60,000 bases of DNA from Mobula hypostoma (taxonomy: Eukaryota), in NCBI RefSeq assembly GCF_963921235.1, contig NC_086107.1, forward strand, positions 104,472,001 through 104,532,000, given 5' to 3'. The translations under genes were made by a program, and so were the position numbers. Under the pieces are notes generated by a model, which saw only the letters and a list, made by a program, of their open reading frames with translations, ran no database searches and was not told the DNA's origin. Positions within the stretch are counted from its first letter, which is position 1, and every line of letters begins with the position of its first letter. Shown here one piece after another: positions 37,981 through 50,242 of this stretch.

Positions 37981-38419
37981 CCCTGCACCCACTGTCTGTC
38001 TCCTGCTTTCTCTCCACCTTGTTTGGACACCCACGCCTCTGTCGAACCCTGTGCCACCCTCTTCTTGCTCGCTCTGACGCGACGCGAGGCAGCCTCCGCC
38101 CCACCGGGCCAGGTACCCTCCACCTCTGCCGGTGGGCTCGGGTTTGGGCAGCACTCTGAGACTGTCGGCTGCGAGGGTGAGTCGGAAGGATTCGGTCTGC
38201 GGACGTTGAGGCCAGAGCTGCGGGGGGGGGGCAGGGGCTGGGACTGAGGGGCAGAGACCGAGGCAGGATAGAAGGTGCTGGGAGGCAGAGACTGGGGAAT
38301 TTGACCCCGGGGGGGGAGCCCCAGAGGCGGGACTTCTGGACCCCCTGGAGAGCGAGCTGGGGTGGGGGGAGGGGCCAGAGCCTGAGTCCTTGACCCATGG
38401 AGTGGACCCTGTGTAATGA

Positions 38420-38930
38420 GTGACCTTCTGGAGGGTGAAGCCTGTGGACTTTTACCTGGGGGAGGTCAAAGTAAGGACTTTGACCCTTGGAGGGCAGAGC
38501 CTCAGGACGTTGACTCCCTGGAGGGCGGGGCCTGGGGTCTGAGTGTCAATTTGGAGGTGGGGCCTCTGTGCTGTGACCCCCCTGGGGGCGGAGCCTCGGG
38601 GCATTGACCCCTGGAGGGCAGGGCCTGGGGTCTGAGTGACAAGTTGGGGGTGGGGCCTGGGTGCTGTGATCCCCTTGAGGGCGGAGCCTTGGGGCATTGA
38701 CCCCCTGGAGGGCGGAGCCTGGGGTCTGAGTGACAAGTTGGAGGTGAGGCCTGGGTGCTGTTTTCCCCTGAAGTCGGAGCCTAGGGACTGAGTAACCAGT
38801 TGAGGATGGGGCCTGGGGAACTTTGATCCTCGGGGGTGAAACCTAGGGACTGAGTGACCACCAAAGGGGCAGGCTCTGGGGACTGTGGCCCCTCTGAGGG
38901 TGGAGCCTGTAGACTGTGACCTTCTGGAGG
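38420..38930. repeat. Degenerate GC-rich tandem repeat (TGACCCCTGGAGGGCGGAGCCTGGGG...)
   Basis: Recurring ~28-30 bp unit with higher-order variants. Confidence 0.75.
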
Positions 38931-39168
38931 AACAGCCCATGGACTGAGTAATCTCCAGTGGCGGGTCCAGGAAAGAGAGTGACTAAGACATGTGAGGGGG
39001 AAGCCAAGGCAGGCGAGGGCACTGCGGGTCAAAGCGTCGCGATTTATAGGAAGAGTGAGAGGTATCGAGAGCAGTAAGTTTCTCCTGAGGAGCCTCCATT
39101 TATGTCTGCCACTCCGTTGTGGCGCTCTCTCAGTGAGTTCCCTCAATCTCCCACTTTGCCTCCTACAG

Positions 39169-39282
39169 GGAACCAGTTCGAGCTACTCCCAGCTTCCTCC
39201 TCGACCTCCGCCCTCACCCCGAGCCTGCCTCTCGCCCCTGGTGCCATCAGTCAGGAGACTGTCCATCGCTCACTCCGTCAAT
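39169..39282 (+). CDS. PLEKHA4: PLEKHA4-like exon (GTSSSYSQLPPRPPPSPRACLSPLVPSVRRLSIAHSVN)
   Basis: CTACAG| acceptor, AAT|GTAAGC donor, 114 nt. SYxQLPPRPP matches PLEKHA4. Confidence 0.88.
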
Positions 39283-39759
39283 GTAAGCACACTGCTGGGT
39301 CAAAGGAGTGATGGTGGGGGGAGAGTGGGGGGGGACTGTGGGACAATGGGGAGGAGGATAGGAGGAAGGGAGTGGGAGGTGGAGGGAAAGGGAATGTTTG
39401 AAGGATGGAGAAGAAAATAGTTGGCACTCCAGGAAGCACATCTCAGAATGATTCTAGAGCTGCTCCATATATTTGGGATTTCTCTCAAAGTCCAAAGTAA
39501 ATTTATTATCAAAGTGCATATGTGTCACCAAACACAACCCTGAGATTCACAGTATGCACAGAAACACCATGGAATTAATGAAAGACCTCACCCAACAAGA
39601 CAGACAAACACCAACGTGCAAAAGACAACAAACTGGTCAAGTACAAAAATAATAATAATAAATAAGCAATAAATATCGAGAACCTGAGATGGGGAGTCCT
39701 TGAAAGCGAGTCTGTCGGTTGTGGGAACAGTTCAGTGTTGGGGTGAGTGAAGTTCAGAA

Positions 39760-41425
39760 TCAGAATCAGGTTTATTATCACCAGCATGTGGCGTGAAATT
39801 TGTTAACTTAGCAGCAGTTCAATCTAGCAGAGAGAGAGAGAGAAAAAAATAGTTAAAATAAAACATAATAATAAACAAACAAGTAAATCAATTATGTATA
39901 TTGAATAGATTTTTAATGTGCAAAAACAGAAATACTGTATATTAAAAAAGTGAGGTAGTGTCCAAAGGAACAATGTCCATTTAGGAATCGGATGGCAGAG
40001 GGGAAGGAGCTGTTCCTGAATCGCTGAGTGTGTGCCTTCAGGCTTCTGTACCTCCTACCTGATGGTAACAGTGAGAAAAGGGCATGTCCTGGGTGCTGGA
40101 GATCCTTAATAATGGACGCTGCCTTTTTGAGACACCGCTCCCTGGAGATGTCCTGGGTACTTTGTAGGCCAGTGCCCAAGATGGAGCTGACTAGATTTAT
40201 AACCTTCTACAGCTTCTTTCGGTCCTGTGCAGTAGCCCCTCCATACCAGACAGTGATGCAGCCTGTCAGAATGCTCTCCACAGTACATCTATAGAAGTTT
40301 TTGAGTGTATTTGTTGACATGCCTCTCGGGTTCAAGAGCCTGATGATAAAGGGGTAATAACTCTTCCTGAAGCTGGTGGTATGGGTCCTGAGGCTCTGTT
40401 TCTTCTTCCTGATGGCAGCATTGAGAAGAGACGTGGCCTAGACAGTTGGGGGGGGAGGGGTCCTTGATGATGGATGCTGTTTTACTGCGACAGCACTCCA
40501 AGTGGGTGTGCTCAATGTTGGGGACAGCTTTACCCGTGATGGACAGGGCTGCATCCACTACTTTTTGTAGGCTTTAAAGGGTATTGGTGTTTCCATATTG
40601 GGCTGTGATGTAATCAGACTTACACTCTCCACTGCGCATCTATAGAAGTTAGCCAACATTTTAGATGACATATTGGGCTCGTGGCCAAGTGGTTAAGGCG
40701 TTTGTCTAGTGATCTGAAGGTTGCTAGTTCGAGCCTCAGCTGTGGCAGCGTGTTTGTGCCCTTGAGCAAGGCACTTAACCACACATTGCTCTAGTGTCTG
40801 TGCGAGGAGTGGCACCCCACACAGACTTCCAATCTGCGCCTTGTAAGGCATGAAAATGCCCGAGGCAGGCCCCTCATGGTCTGAGTCGACATTCCCTCCC
40901 CTTTAGATGACATGCAAAATCTTTGCAAACTTCTAAGAAACTGGTTTTGCTGCCGTGCTTTCTTCATAATTGGACTTGCATGCCAGACCCACGACAGGTC
41001 CTCAGAAACGTTAACACCAGGAAATTTAAAGTTGCTGACCCTCTCTACCTCTGATCCCCTGATGAGGACTGCCTCATGGACCTCTGGTTTCCCCCGTCTC
41101 AAGTCAATAATCAGCTCCTTGGTCCTGCTGAGTGAGAGGCTGTTGTGGTGGCATCTCTCAGCAGATTTTCAGTCTCTCTCCTATAAACTGATTCGTCACC
41201 ACCTTTGATACGGCCCACAACACTGGTGTCGTCAGCAAACCTAAATATGGCATTGGAACTGTGCTTAGTTTTAAGTATAAAGCGAGTAGAGCAGGGGCTA
41301 AGCACACAGCCTTGTGGTGTACCTGTGCTGGTGGAGATTGTGGGTTACCAGGCTGAACTGACTGGGATCTGCAAGTGAGGATGTTGAGGATCCAATTGCT
41401 CAAGGAGGCCTTGTAGCCTGTTGAA
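39760..41425 (-). mobile_element. Cluster of Rex1/Babar-like LINE fragments
   Basis: KKAASIIKDLQHPGHALFSLLPSGRRYRSL...SAIRFLN (39913-40179) and FRFADDTSVVGRI / ERVSNFKFPGV (40900-41300). Confidence 0.75.
40675..40902 (+). mobile_element. tRNA-derived SINE with CORE-like box, inserted in a LINE fragment
   Basis: GTGGCCAAGTGGTTAAGG A box, GTTCGAGCC B box, CCTTGAGCAAGGCACTTAACC. The flanking TTTAGATGACAT is duplicated (~40660-40671 and ~40902-40913). Confidence 0.8.
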
Positions 41426-41596
41426 TAGTTTTCTCTAGGATGAGAAAAAGAAGAGACAGCTGGGATGGGTCGGGGCTGGGAGGGGTACGTGGTTACCATG
41501 GGGAGGTGGGGACCAAACCTTGGGCAGAGTTTTGGGGAGGGGCCACTGGGATGGTTAGAACAGTAGAAAATCAACAGAAAAATATCGAGCAACATT

Positions 41597-41782
41597 ACAT
41601 CAAAGTTGCTGGTGAACGCAGCAGGCCAGGCAACATCTATAGGAAGGGTCTGTCCTGACGAAGGGTCTCGGCCTGAAACGTCGACTGTACCTCTTCTTAT
41701 AGATGTTGCCTGGCCTGCTGCGTTCACCAGCAACTTTGATGTGTGTTGCTTGAATTTCCAGCATCTGCAGAATTCCTGTTGT
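41597..41782 (+). mobile_element. Fold-back Penelope-like mini-element with intact hammerhead core, 12-14 bp TSD
   Basis: Perfect 45 bp inverted arms at 41597-41641 and 41698-41742. Direct repeat TCGAGCAACATTAC at 41585-41598 and 41783-41796. Confidence 0.8.
41650..41687 (+). ncRNA. Minimal type I hammerhead ribozyme motif (PLE-type)
   Basis: GTC-CTGACGA-A-GGG TCTCGG CCT-GAAAC-GTC^GAC. Both conserved boxes are intact, with stem II GGG/CCU, palindromic ACGU stem III, a GUC cleavage triplet and stem I GUC/GAC. Confidence 0.65.
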
Positions 41783-42957
41783 TCGAGCAACATTACTTTA
41801 GGTTTTACACGGCATGGTAGCACGTTGGCCAGTTTAACAGCTTACAGTGCCGGCAGTTGGAATTCTATTCCTGTTGCTGCCTGTCGAAGGTTTGTGCGTT
41901 CCCCTCGTGATGCGTATGTTCCCTCCACGCGCCCCAGTTTCCTGCCACGTTCCAAAGATGGGTCAGTAGCGGTTAGTAAGCTGTGAGCATGTTATGTTGG
42001 CGTCGGAAACACAGTGACCCCTGCACGTCCTCGGGCTGTGTTGGCCAGTGACGCAAACAATGCTCGTCTCGATGGTCAAATGGTTTACCAAGTTCAATTT
42101 AACATTGGAGAATGTGTACAGTATACAACCTGGAATTCTTACTCTTCACAGAAATCCACGAAACATGAAACCCCAAAGAATGAATCAGATCCCCGAATCC
42201 TCCTCCCCCTCCCACGTACAAGCAGTTGCAGAACCATCGGCCTTCTCCTACACCCCCCCCCCGTCACTTGCACAAGTGGGTGCACTGCCCCCCCCCATCA
42301 GTAAGCAATAGCAAAAGCCCCCAAAGAGAGTTTGATCCAGAGCTCATCAAAAACGACGGTCCATAACCCAGCACTTTGGTATCTCAGACAGGCTCTCTCT
42401 CACCAGCGATAACGACAGCCGGAGACTAGCAGCTCGCTGCATCCAATGTCACAATCTTCCGCGTCACTTCTCCAAACTCCTGGACCCAGGGACCGGCAGG
42501 GTCTCGCCCTCCATTAAGGGAGGGAGAGAGGGGTCGCCGGAGTACAGCAGCCTCCTGCCGACAGCAACGCACACCGCCCGCGGCCCCAGTGTTTCAGTGT
42601 CCCACAACACTTCAGTCGGCAAAATCGGCGAGGAACTGCTCCCTGAAGATGCACGTCTTCCAGGCCGCACCTGGAGATATCGAAGTGCTACCCCTCGTGG
42701 TCAGTGCGCAAACCTGCGGCTCGCGGAGAACCGTAGTTTGAGCTGTAGCTGTAGATCACGGACTGCGGCAGAACCCCAGCCACTGTGTTTTGATGTGCAC
42801 GTGACAAATAAAGCCAGCCTTTTAGAGGGGCGATGAGACTAAGGGTGTCATGGAAGCTCAGAGTACGGTGTGCAGACCAGTGAGAGCTGTAAAGTAATTT
42901 GCTCGGAGCCGGATCAGGGTGAGAGAGTGAGACACTGACGGCAGCTCTTTCCTACAG

Positions 42958-43026
42958 GGAGGTGCTCCGGAGATCTTCCAGGAATTCCCAGCAGAACCTG
43001 TCAGAATGGCTGAAAGCGAAGTTGAT
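42958..43026 (+). CDS. PLEKHA4: PLEKHA4-like exon (GGAPEIFQEFPAEPVRMAESEVD)
   Basis: CTACAG| acceptor, GAT|GTAAGT donor, 69 nt, phase 0-0. Leads into the D-xLLTRLC coiled-coil start. Confidence 0.82.
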
Positions 43027-43289
43027 GTAAGTAGTTTTTCAACCTCCGGATTATCTCTTATTCCTTTGGGAATGTTCTTCACATCAACACATGAGAAAAA
43101 CAAAACAGGTTCAAGATTATTCACAGATTTAACGGATGCAGGTCACCGCTGCATCCAGAATGAATCTCCTAATACTTTATTCCCAGAGGAGGAGCATCAC
43201 ACCTTTGGTACACAGTAAAGCTCCCACTACAATGTCCCATCAAAAGATCCCAGTACACTGTCACCTAAAATTCTCCCTCTACACTCTCC

Positions 43290-43626
43290 CATAAAACTCT
43301 CCCTCTACAATCCTGTCAAACTCTCCCTCCGCACTGTCCCGTCAAACTCTCCCTCCGCACTGTCCCGTCAAACTCTCCCTCCACTCTCCCCCGTCAAACT
43401 CTCCCTCCACACTGTCCGTCAAACTCTCCCTCCGCACTGTCCCGTCAAACTCTCCCTCCACTCTCCCCCGTCAAACTCTCCCTCCACACTGTCCGTCAAA
43501 CTCTCCCTCCGCACTGTCCCGTCAAACTCTCCCTCCACACTCTCCTGTCGAACTCTCCCTCCGCACTGTCCGTCAAACTCTCCCTCTGCACTGTCCCGTC
43601 AAACATACCCTCCGCACTGTCCCATC
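43290..43626. repeat. ~26 bp minisatellite (CTGTCCCGTCAAACTCTCCCTCCGCA)
   Basis: About 12 tandem units. Confidence 0.93.
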
Positions 43627-44350
43627 AGGGAGTCCCAGTGGAGGGACATCGCCTGCTCCATGGGCTGTCCGTTAGTCCTGGAGACGGGCAGCGGAGGGTT
43701 CTGACCAGGCGGATGCCAGGCAGTGTTTAGGGGGTGTGTTCATGCCCAGGTCGCTGTTGAAAAGGGACACACAGCAGCCACAGGGACCATGGAATTGTTT
43801 TGGGACCATTGGGCACCGCAGGGGTTAAATACCATCCTCGATAAGGATGGGAACATATTAGTTTAATGTATATTAATTGTGATTTGTCTGGTCTTCTGTT
43901 TTGTAACATGATCGCACATTTGTGCAGTGGTTTGAACTTGTAATAAAAGTAGTTTTGTCAGAGAAGAGAAGGGACAGTGATGCTCGGGGATACATCCACG
44001 CCTGGGTAACCTCGGAGTAGGAAGCTGCTGTGTCCACAGGTACGACGGAGGTGTTTCGGGACTGATGGCCATTGCAGAGGATAAGTTCCATCCTTAACAG
44101 AGATGGGAATATTTTAATTGAGTTTAGTTTGTATTATCACTGTCATAGTCCTTGTGTTTGTTGTAATATTTAGTAGCATTGTAGAATGTGGTCTGTAGTA
44201 AAGGTATTTCTGCAAAATAAAAGGGAAGGCTTAAATAGAGTCAATCTTCCTTCTAACCTGTCCTCACTGAAAGGACAGGGTCAGTATGAATTGGACAGGT
44301 ATGTTATTCTGTAGATTCTGGACTTGATATTCCGCACTTTGTGTCCTCAG

Positions 44351-44431
44351 GTGCTGTTGACCCGGTTGTGTGGGCAGGACAGAATTCTCCAGGGCCTTGT
44401 AGCTGAAGCGACCCCACTCAAAGCGGAGAAG
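44351..44431 (+). CDS. PLEKHA4: PLEKHA4-like coiled-coil exon (VLLTRLCGQDRILQGLVAEATPLKAEK)
   Basis: CCTCAG| acceptor, AAG|GTACGT donor. LLTxLCGQDR matches PLEKHA4. Confidence 0.92.
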
Positions 44432-45146
44432 GTACGTAACAAGTCCCCACCAGTCTGACGTTGGCTCCTCCCAAACGATTGGACCGCCCCGCCCCACTTC
44501 CTCCCTCCACCAGAAAGTAAATGAGGCCTCTGCCTGATGAGAGCGGATTAGGCCAGGAGGATATTTGATGTACTGGCACCTGCAGACTGTATTGATACAG
44601 CTCTGGTGAAACCTCACAGGGTATTTTCGCTAAAGTGTTCAGAATCAGGCGTATGTCGTGAAATTTGTTCTTTTGTGGCAGCAGTGCATTGAAATACATT
44701 AGTGTGCAAAAGTACTGTGCATAAGGTGCCTAAGACTTTTGCACAGTACTGTGGTAATTTTATGTACTGTCGCAAAAAAAACCAACAAACCTCGTGACAT
44801 GTGTGAGTGATGATAAACCTGATTCTGATATGGGTCTCTATTGTGGACTGAGAGTGGGAAGGGGGCAGGGAGGGGGAAATCATGGCTGGGAAAGGGGGAG
44901 GGAGAGGGGAGGGAGCGGGAAGCACCAGAGAGACATTCTGTAATGATCAATAAACCAATTGTTCAGAATCAAATGACGGAGCCTGGCGTCTCAGGGCTGG
45001 GTGTGTCTGCACCTGCACCACCCCCATCCCGGCACTCCTCTGCCACCTGCCCCACACTCCTGCCGAGGCACTCCACCCTCACCATTCCCAACGTCCTTTG
45101 CTCCCGCCAGATTTACAAACTCGCTCCCGCTCCACGTTGACAAGTA

Positions 45147-45213
45147 CAGTACGGTGCAAAAGTCTTAAGCACCCTAGCTATAGAAATATGCCTAAAACGT
45201 GTGCACAGTGCTG
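45147..45213. mobile_element. Tiny Tc1-type MITE remnant
   Basis: Inverted ends CAGTACGGTGCAAAAGTCTTAAGCA / TGCCTAAAACGTGTGCACAGTGCTG; a related end lies at ~44725-44752. Confidence 0.45.
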
Positions 45214-45684
45214 CATGTTTTGATATGCACGTGATAAATAAAATGAATCTGAATCGAGAGAAGAGATTGCAGAGAGGGTTAGCAGCAGAATAAAGTTTTA
45301 AAGTTGGGGAATAAGGGCTGGGTAAGTTTACAGAGATGTGGGGGTGGAGAGACTGGAGATTGGGAGGGTGTAGGGGTTGGGAGTGTTTACTGGGGAGGTG
45401 TGGGAACTGGAGGAAAGTCTGCGTTACGGGAGCTGGGTGGGGTCACAGAGGTAATGAGGTCTCCAGGGTCTGGAGGAGGGTACGGGTAGAAGAGGTGGCG
45501 TCCTGGCTGGCAGAAGTAATGGAAGAAATTCTGTAGGGGTTGGGGGGAGTTCTGTGGGAGGGGTGTAGGGGCTGGAGGAGCTTACAGAGGGACAGAGGGG
45601 TGAAGGGGAAGGAGGAGACTGCAGAGGGATGGAGGGGAGTAGGAGAAAGGAGCTCACAAAGGGATGAAGGGGTGTAGGGGAAGC

Positions 45685-45947
45685 AGGAGTTTACTGAGGG
45701 ATGGAGGTTGGAGGGGAGGGAGGAGTTTACTGAGGGACGGAGGGGTGTAGGGGAGGGAGGAGTTTACTGAGGGACGGAGGGGTGTAGGGGAGAGAGGAGT
45801 TTACTGAGGGACGGAGGGGTGTAGGGGAGGGAGGAGTTTACTGAGGGACAGAGGGGTGTAGGGGAGGGAGGAGTTTACTGAGGGACGGAGGGGTGTAGGG
45901 GAGGGAGGAGTTTACTGAGGGACGGAGGGGTGTAGGGGAGGGAGGAG
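45685..45947. repeat. 37 bp G-rich minisatellite (GGAGTTTACTGAGGGACGGAGGGGTGTAGGGGAGGGA)
   Basis: About 7 near-identical units. Confidence 0.95.
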
Positions 45948-46037
45948 ACTGCGGAGGAAGGAGAAATGCCCAGTACAACCCCACTCAGCCGGTAACAGGG
46001 ACAGCGAGCTGTGACATGCACACTGATCTTTCTCCAG

Positions 46038-46187
46038 GACAGGCTGGAGAGAGCTCTGGACGCCATCCGCTGCCAGCTGCTGGATTTCGGGGGGCAGCAG
46101 GCCCTGGCCAAGAAACTGACGTGCCAGCAGCGGATTCTGCAGGAGGAGCTGATCCAGACCCGGGCCAGGCTCTGCGACCTCTCCCTG
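46038..46187 (+). CDS. PLEKHA4: PLEKHA4-like coiled-coil exon (DRLERALDAIRCQL...QQRILQEELIQTRARLCDLSL)
   Basis: CTCCAG| acceptor, CTG|GTAAAC donor, 150 nt. QRxLQxxLxxxRAxLC family motif. Confidence 0.92.
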
Positions 46188-48012
46188 GTAAACGGCACAG
46201 GCGGGCTCGCCGATGGCGTTCGCGGCGCGGGATCTGAAGGGTGGGAGATGGCGCAGCGACCCCCCCCCCCACAACAGCCTGGGCTTGGCTGGGTGGTCGG
46301 GGCTCCTTTCTCCTCCTTTCACCCCGATGTTCAGGACCCACTCCAAGCGCTGAAGGGCGTCGGGAGCCTTGGCCCCTGGCCCCAGAGGGAGTCGATCGAT
46401 GGTCCTTCCCTACCCGATCAGGGAGAAATGATACATTCAACACCCACAGTGCAGTGACAGTTCATCACTTCTCCGGGAAGCGTCGAATGGAGAATTTCTT
46501 CCACAAACCTTCTGACCAAGTCAGAGAGGCAAATGATGAAAAGTGTCTGATACAGATGAAACCCCCTGGTTTCCATGGCTACGTATGTCGAGGGAAAACA
46601 CACTCCGGTCCGCCAAACTCGGAGATTGAGATGCCTCAACCATCCCAAACCCCAGTGTGTGTGGTTGCTGTGTGATTTGCTGCCCTGTTACATCTCAGTG
46701 CCATGAAATTACAGACAGCACACTGCATACAATTAAAGGAATTATGTTTATGAATCTTAACTACAGGGTTAGTAAAGAAAACCAAAAAGGAAAGGGCCTA
46801 TTTTAGTTAAATAGTCAAAAGTGCACAAGTTGGAGCTCATCGTTTCACTGATCCTTGCTCGATCTCGGCACCTGGCTTCATCGAATCACGGTCCCGCGCC
46901 GGGTCGAATCCTACGACCTGTTCTCTGCAGCGTCCTATCTCTTCCTCTCCCGCCGAGCAAAAGATTCAAGCCCAACCGTAGTGTCCCTGACCAGGAAAAA
47001 CTCCCCGCAGATCGCCATCCTAACCAGATGGTACACATCCCGTATCTTCAACAAAAACCCAAACTGTCCGAAAGCAGAACAGCCGGCTGTTACAGAGCCG
47101 TAAAATGAAATACCTACAGCACACCAGCAACATTGTGAACCAGGGCATTACACAGGGAAGATATTTACCCCAGAGACAGTCTACAGCTCTCCTCAAGTTA
47201 TACAACCAGTCCGAGCGATGGTTAGAACAAGCTGGCACGGCAGTGACTGGTGAGGGAGAATTCCTGGTGAGCTCTCACATGTCTCCGAGTCCCTCTCCAC
47301 AGAACAAGCCCCCTTCCCGGGGGATCTCACGTGAAGCTGGACACCAGTTTCTAACTTCGGCTAAAGCACCCCAAACCCATTCCTGAATGCGGCCGCAATC
47401 CCAGAGCTGGGTAAGGGGACTGTAAGAACGCCGAGGTGTAAAACCAGCCTCCCGTCTGCTGACTCCATCTACACTTCTCGCTGCCTCAGGAAAGCAGCCA
47501 ACATAATCACCCCAGATATTCTCCCTTCTCCCTTCCATTGGGCAGAAGATACAAAAGGATGAAAGCAAAGGACTGCAGAAACTCTATTCTGCATTTAGTT
47601 TATTTTTTTAAAAAGTTATTTATTGAGACAGTGCAGAATAGGCCCTTCGATCTATGCCGTCCAGTAATCCCCCAATTTAATCCCAGCCTAATCACAGGAC
47701 AATTTATATTGACCAGTTACCAACTGGTATGTCTTTAGATTGTGGGAGGAAACCCTCGGGGAGAACGTACAAACTCCTTATAGGCAGCGCCGGGAATTGA
47801 ACCCGGATCGCCAGCACCGTAAAGCGTTCCGCTAACCACTACGCTACTGTGTCGCCCAATCGGTGTACAGTGATCATGTTTGTCTAAGTATACACTTACG
47901 TATGTAAGTGACACGTACGTATGTACGTATGTTCATTCTCTCCCCCCTCCCCCTCCCTCTCCCCCTCTCCCTCTCACTAATGATACTGAACGCTGTATCT
48001 GTTCGGGAACAG

Positions 48013-48111
48013 GAAATGGAACAGGCTTGGAGTGAGTATGAATTCCTGGAGAACGAGCTGGAGCGTCTCCGAGCCCCTCGAGAGCTGATGAGCAGGTGTG
48101 GGTCCCCGCAG
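48013..48111 (+). CDS. PLEKHA4: PLEKHA4-like coiled-coil exon (EMEQAWSEYEFLENELERLRAPRELMSRCGSPQ)
   Basis: AACAG| acceptor, CAG|GTACTT donor, 99 nt. W..Y..LE.EL..LR...GSPQ as in PLEKHA4. Confidence 0.9.
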
Positions 48112-49235
48112 GTACTTTGCACAATTAGTTTTTTTTTTCTTTTCTGTCCTCAGGGTTTGCTGACGGGTCCAGTGTGTCCTTATGCATCTCGCCACAGATA
48201 CGTCCACAGTACAGACCATCACACGCACTGCACTGCAACCCTCCGCCGGCTTTAACCCTGCACATCACTTGGTCTGTTGATTTGAAGTGGCTCCCCTGGT
48301 TCAGTCACAAAGTGCTGAAACCCCACTTAGATACAGAGATAAAGACTCTGATAAAGATTCACACAGCACAGAAACGGGCCCTTCTCTTGGTGTTAGTCAC
48401 CAAATACCCATCTGTACTGAACCCATTTTCTGTTGTACTCAGAGACAAACACGTCCACACATACAAAAACATACATGTTCAATTTAATTCAACTTTCATT
48501 GTCGTTCAACCATACATGAATACCCATGAAATCAGCCAAAGGAGTTGCTCCAGGGCCAAGGTGCAGAACACAGTACCAACAGTCACACACAGCACAAAGT
48601 ACCTGTAAGATAGCAAGCACATAAGGATATCAGTAAGATAGTAGTCCAGACCCCAGCTATGAATGCCACAGGAATCTGCGGTTGACAGCAATAGAGCTTG
48701 TCTTCTGCCAAGTGAACACTGGGGGGCAGCACTGATTCCAGCCTGGACGCCATGCCACACTGCCCCCGGTGGAGTGCACCGGCTCCAACGCCTCTCTCCT
48801 GGCAGCACCGCAGCTTGGGGCCTAGTCCGCACTATGTCCGAGGCCCAAGCAGCTCCCCTGCTCCCCGCCAATAAATCAGTGAATCGAACTTGTGGCATTC
48901 CACGTTAACAATAACCAAAAGGGTCTCGCGATCACATGGAAAGTGACCAAGACGGTCACTTGCTATTAGCCTGTACACCTCCTTCAACGCAGACAGCAGC
49001 ACAGTGCACAGCAGCTTAATTTTCTCTGCCAGCGAGCAACTTGCTGATGGGGTAGATCTGCAGTACTTCCTTAATGTCCAGCAGGTTCTTACGATCATAA
49101 AACATATGTTTAAAAAGGACAATGGCACACTTTGTTGACCCTGTAGAAGCCACTGCATCGAACGTGCCACCGTCTTACTTGGCAAAGGCACACTGAGGCA
49201 CAAGTACATATCCCGCATCAAACAGACAAACTGTA

Positions 49236-49781
49236 CATCCAGTGGCCATTTTATTAGGTACACCTGCACACCTGCTCATTAATGCAATTATCTAATCAGC
49301 CGATCATGTGGCAGCAACTCAATTCATAAAAGCACGCAGACATGGTCAAGAGATTCAGTTGTTGTTCAGAGCAAACATCAGAATGGGGGGGTGGGGGAAA
49401 TGTGATCTAAGTGACTTTGACTGTGAAATGATCGTTGGTGCCAGATGGGGTGGTTTGAGTATCTCACAAACTGCTAATCCCCTGGGATTTTCACACACAC
49501 CAGCCTCTAGAGTTTACAGAGAATGAAGCAAAAAACAGAAAACATCCATCAAGGGGAAGTTCTGTGGGCGAAAATGCCTTGTTAATGAGAGAGGTCAGAG
49601 GAGAATGGCTTTCTGGTTCACGTTGACAGGAAGGCAACTGTATCTCAAATAAACATGCATTACAACAGTGGTGTGTCAAAGAGCATCTCTGAAAGCTCAA
49701 CATGTTGAACCTTGAAGTGGATGGCTACAGCAGCAGAAGAGCACAGAAGGTTTGACTGCTGTACCTAATAAAGTGGCCACT

Positions 49782-49786
<5 letters not shown>
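49236..49786 (+). mobile_element. Non-autonomous Tc1/mariner DNA transposon
   Basis: TIRs CAGTGGCCATTTTATTAGGTACA (49240-49262) and TGTACCTAATAAAGTGGCCACTG (49760-49782). Internal transposase N-terminus remnant KCDLSDFDCEMIVGARWGGLSISQTANPLGFSHTPASRVYRE. Confidence 0.85.
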
Positions 49787-49843
<57 letters not shown>

Positions 49844-49846
49844 TTG

Positions 49847-50082
49847 TATTTGTACCTCTGTGACTCTGTGTGTGTGAGTGTGTGTGTGTGTGTGTGAGTG
49901 TGCGTGTCTGTGAGTGACTGTGTGTGTGTATGTGTGTGAGTGAGTGTGTGCGTGTGTATGTGAGTGTGTGTGTACACACGCACACACTCACACACATACA
50001 CACACACAGTCACTCACAGACACGCACACTCACACACACACACACACACACTCACACACACAGAGTCACAGAGGTACAAATA
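49847..50082. repeat. Long inverted repeat built from (TG)n/(CA)n-rich arms
   Basis: TATTTGTACCTCTGTGACTCTGTG... is mirrored by ...CACAGAGTCACAGAGGTACAAATA. Confidence 0.85.
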
Positions 50083-50129
50083 TCTGGTAATCAGGCTGCC
50101 TTAGGTCTAGGAGAAAGTCCGAGGAAGAT

Positions 50130-50242
50130 TTACATAGTATATTGAACAGTATATTGAATTCACATAGTATATTGAACAGTATATTGAATTCACATAGTAT
50201 ATTGAACAGTATATTGAATTCACATAGTATATTGAACAGTAT
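50130..50242. repeat. 30 bp AT-rich tandem repeat (CACATAGTATATTGAACAGTATATTGAATT), ~3.7 copies
   Basis: Direct observation. Confidence 0.92.

Noticed and set aside
46686..47150. Possible solo LTR (TGT...ACA ends)
   Set aside because: I could not identify a TSD, PBS or PPT, or a second copy, so the boundaries are unsupported.
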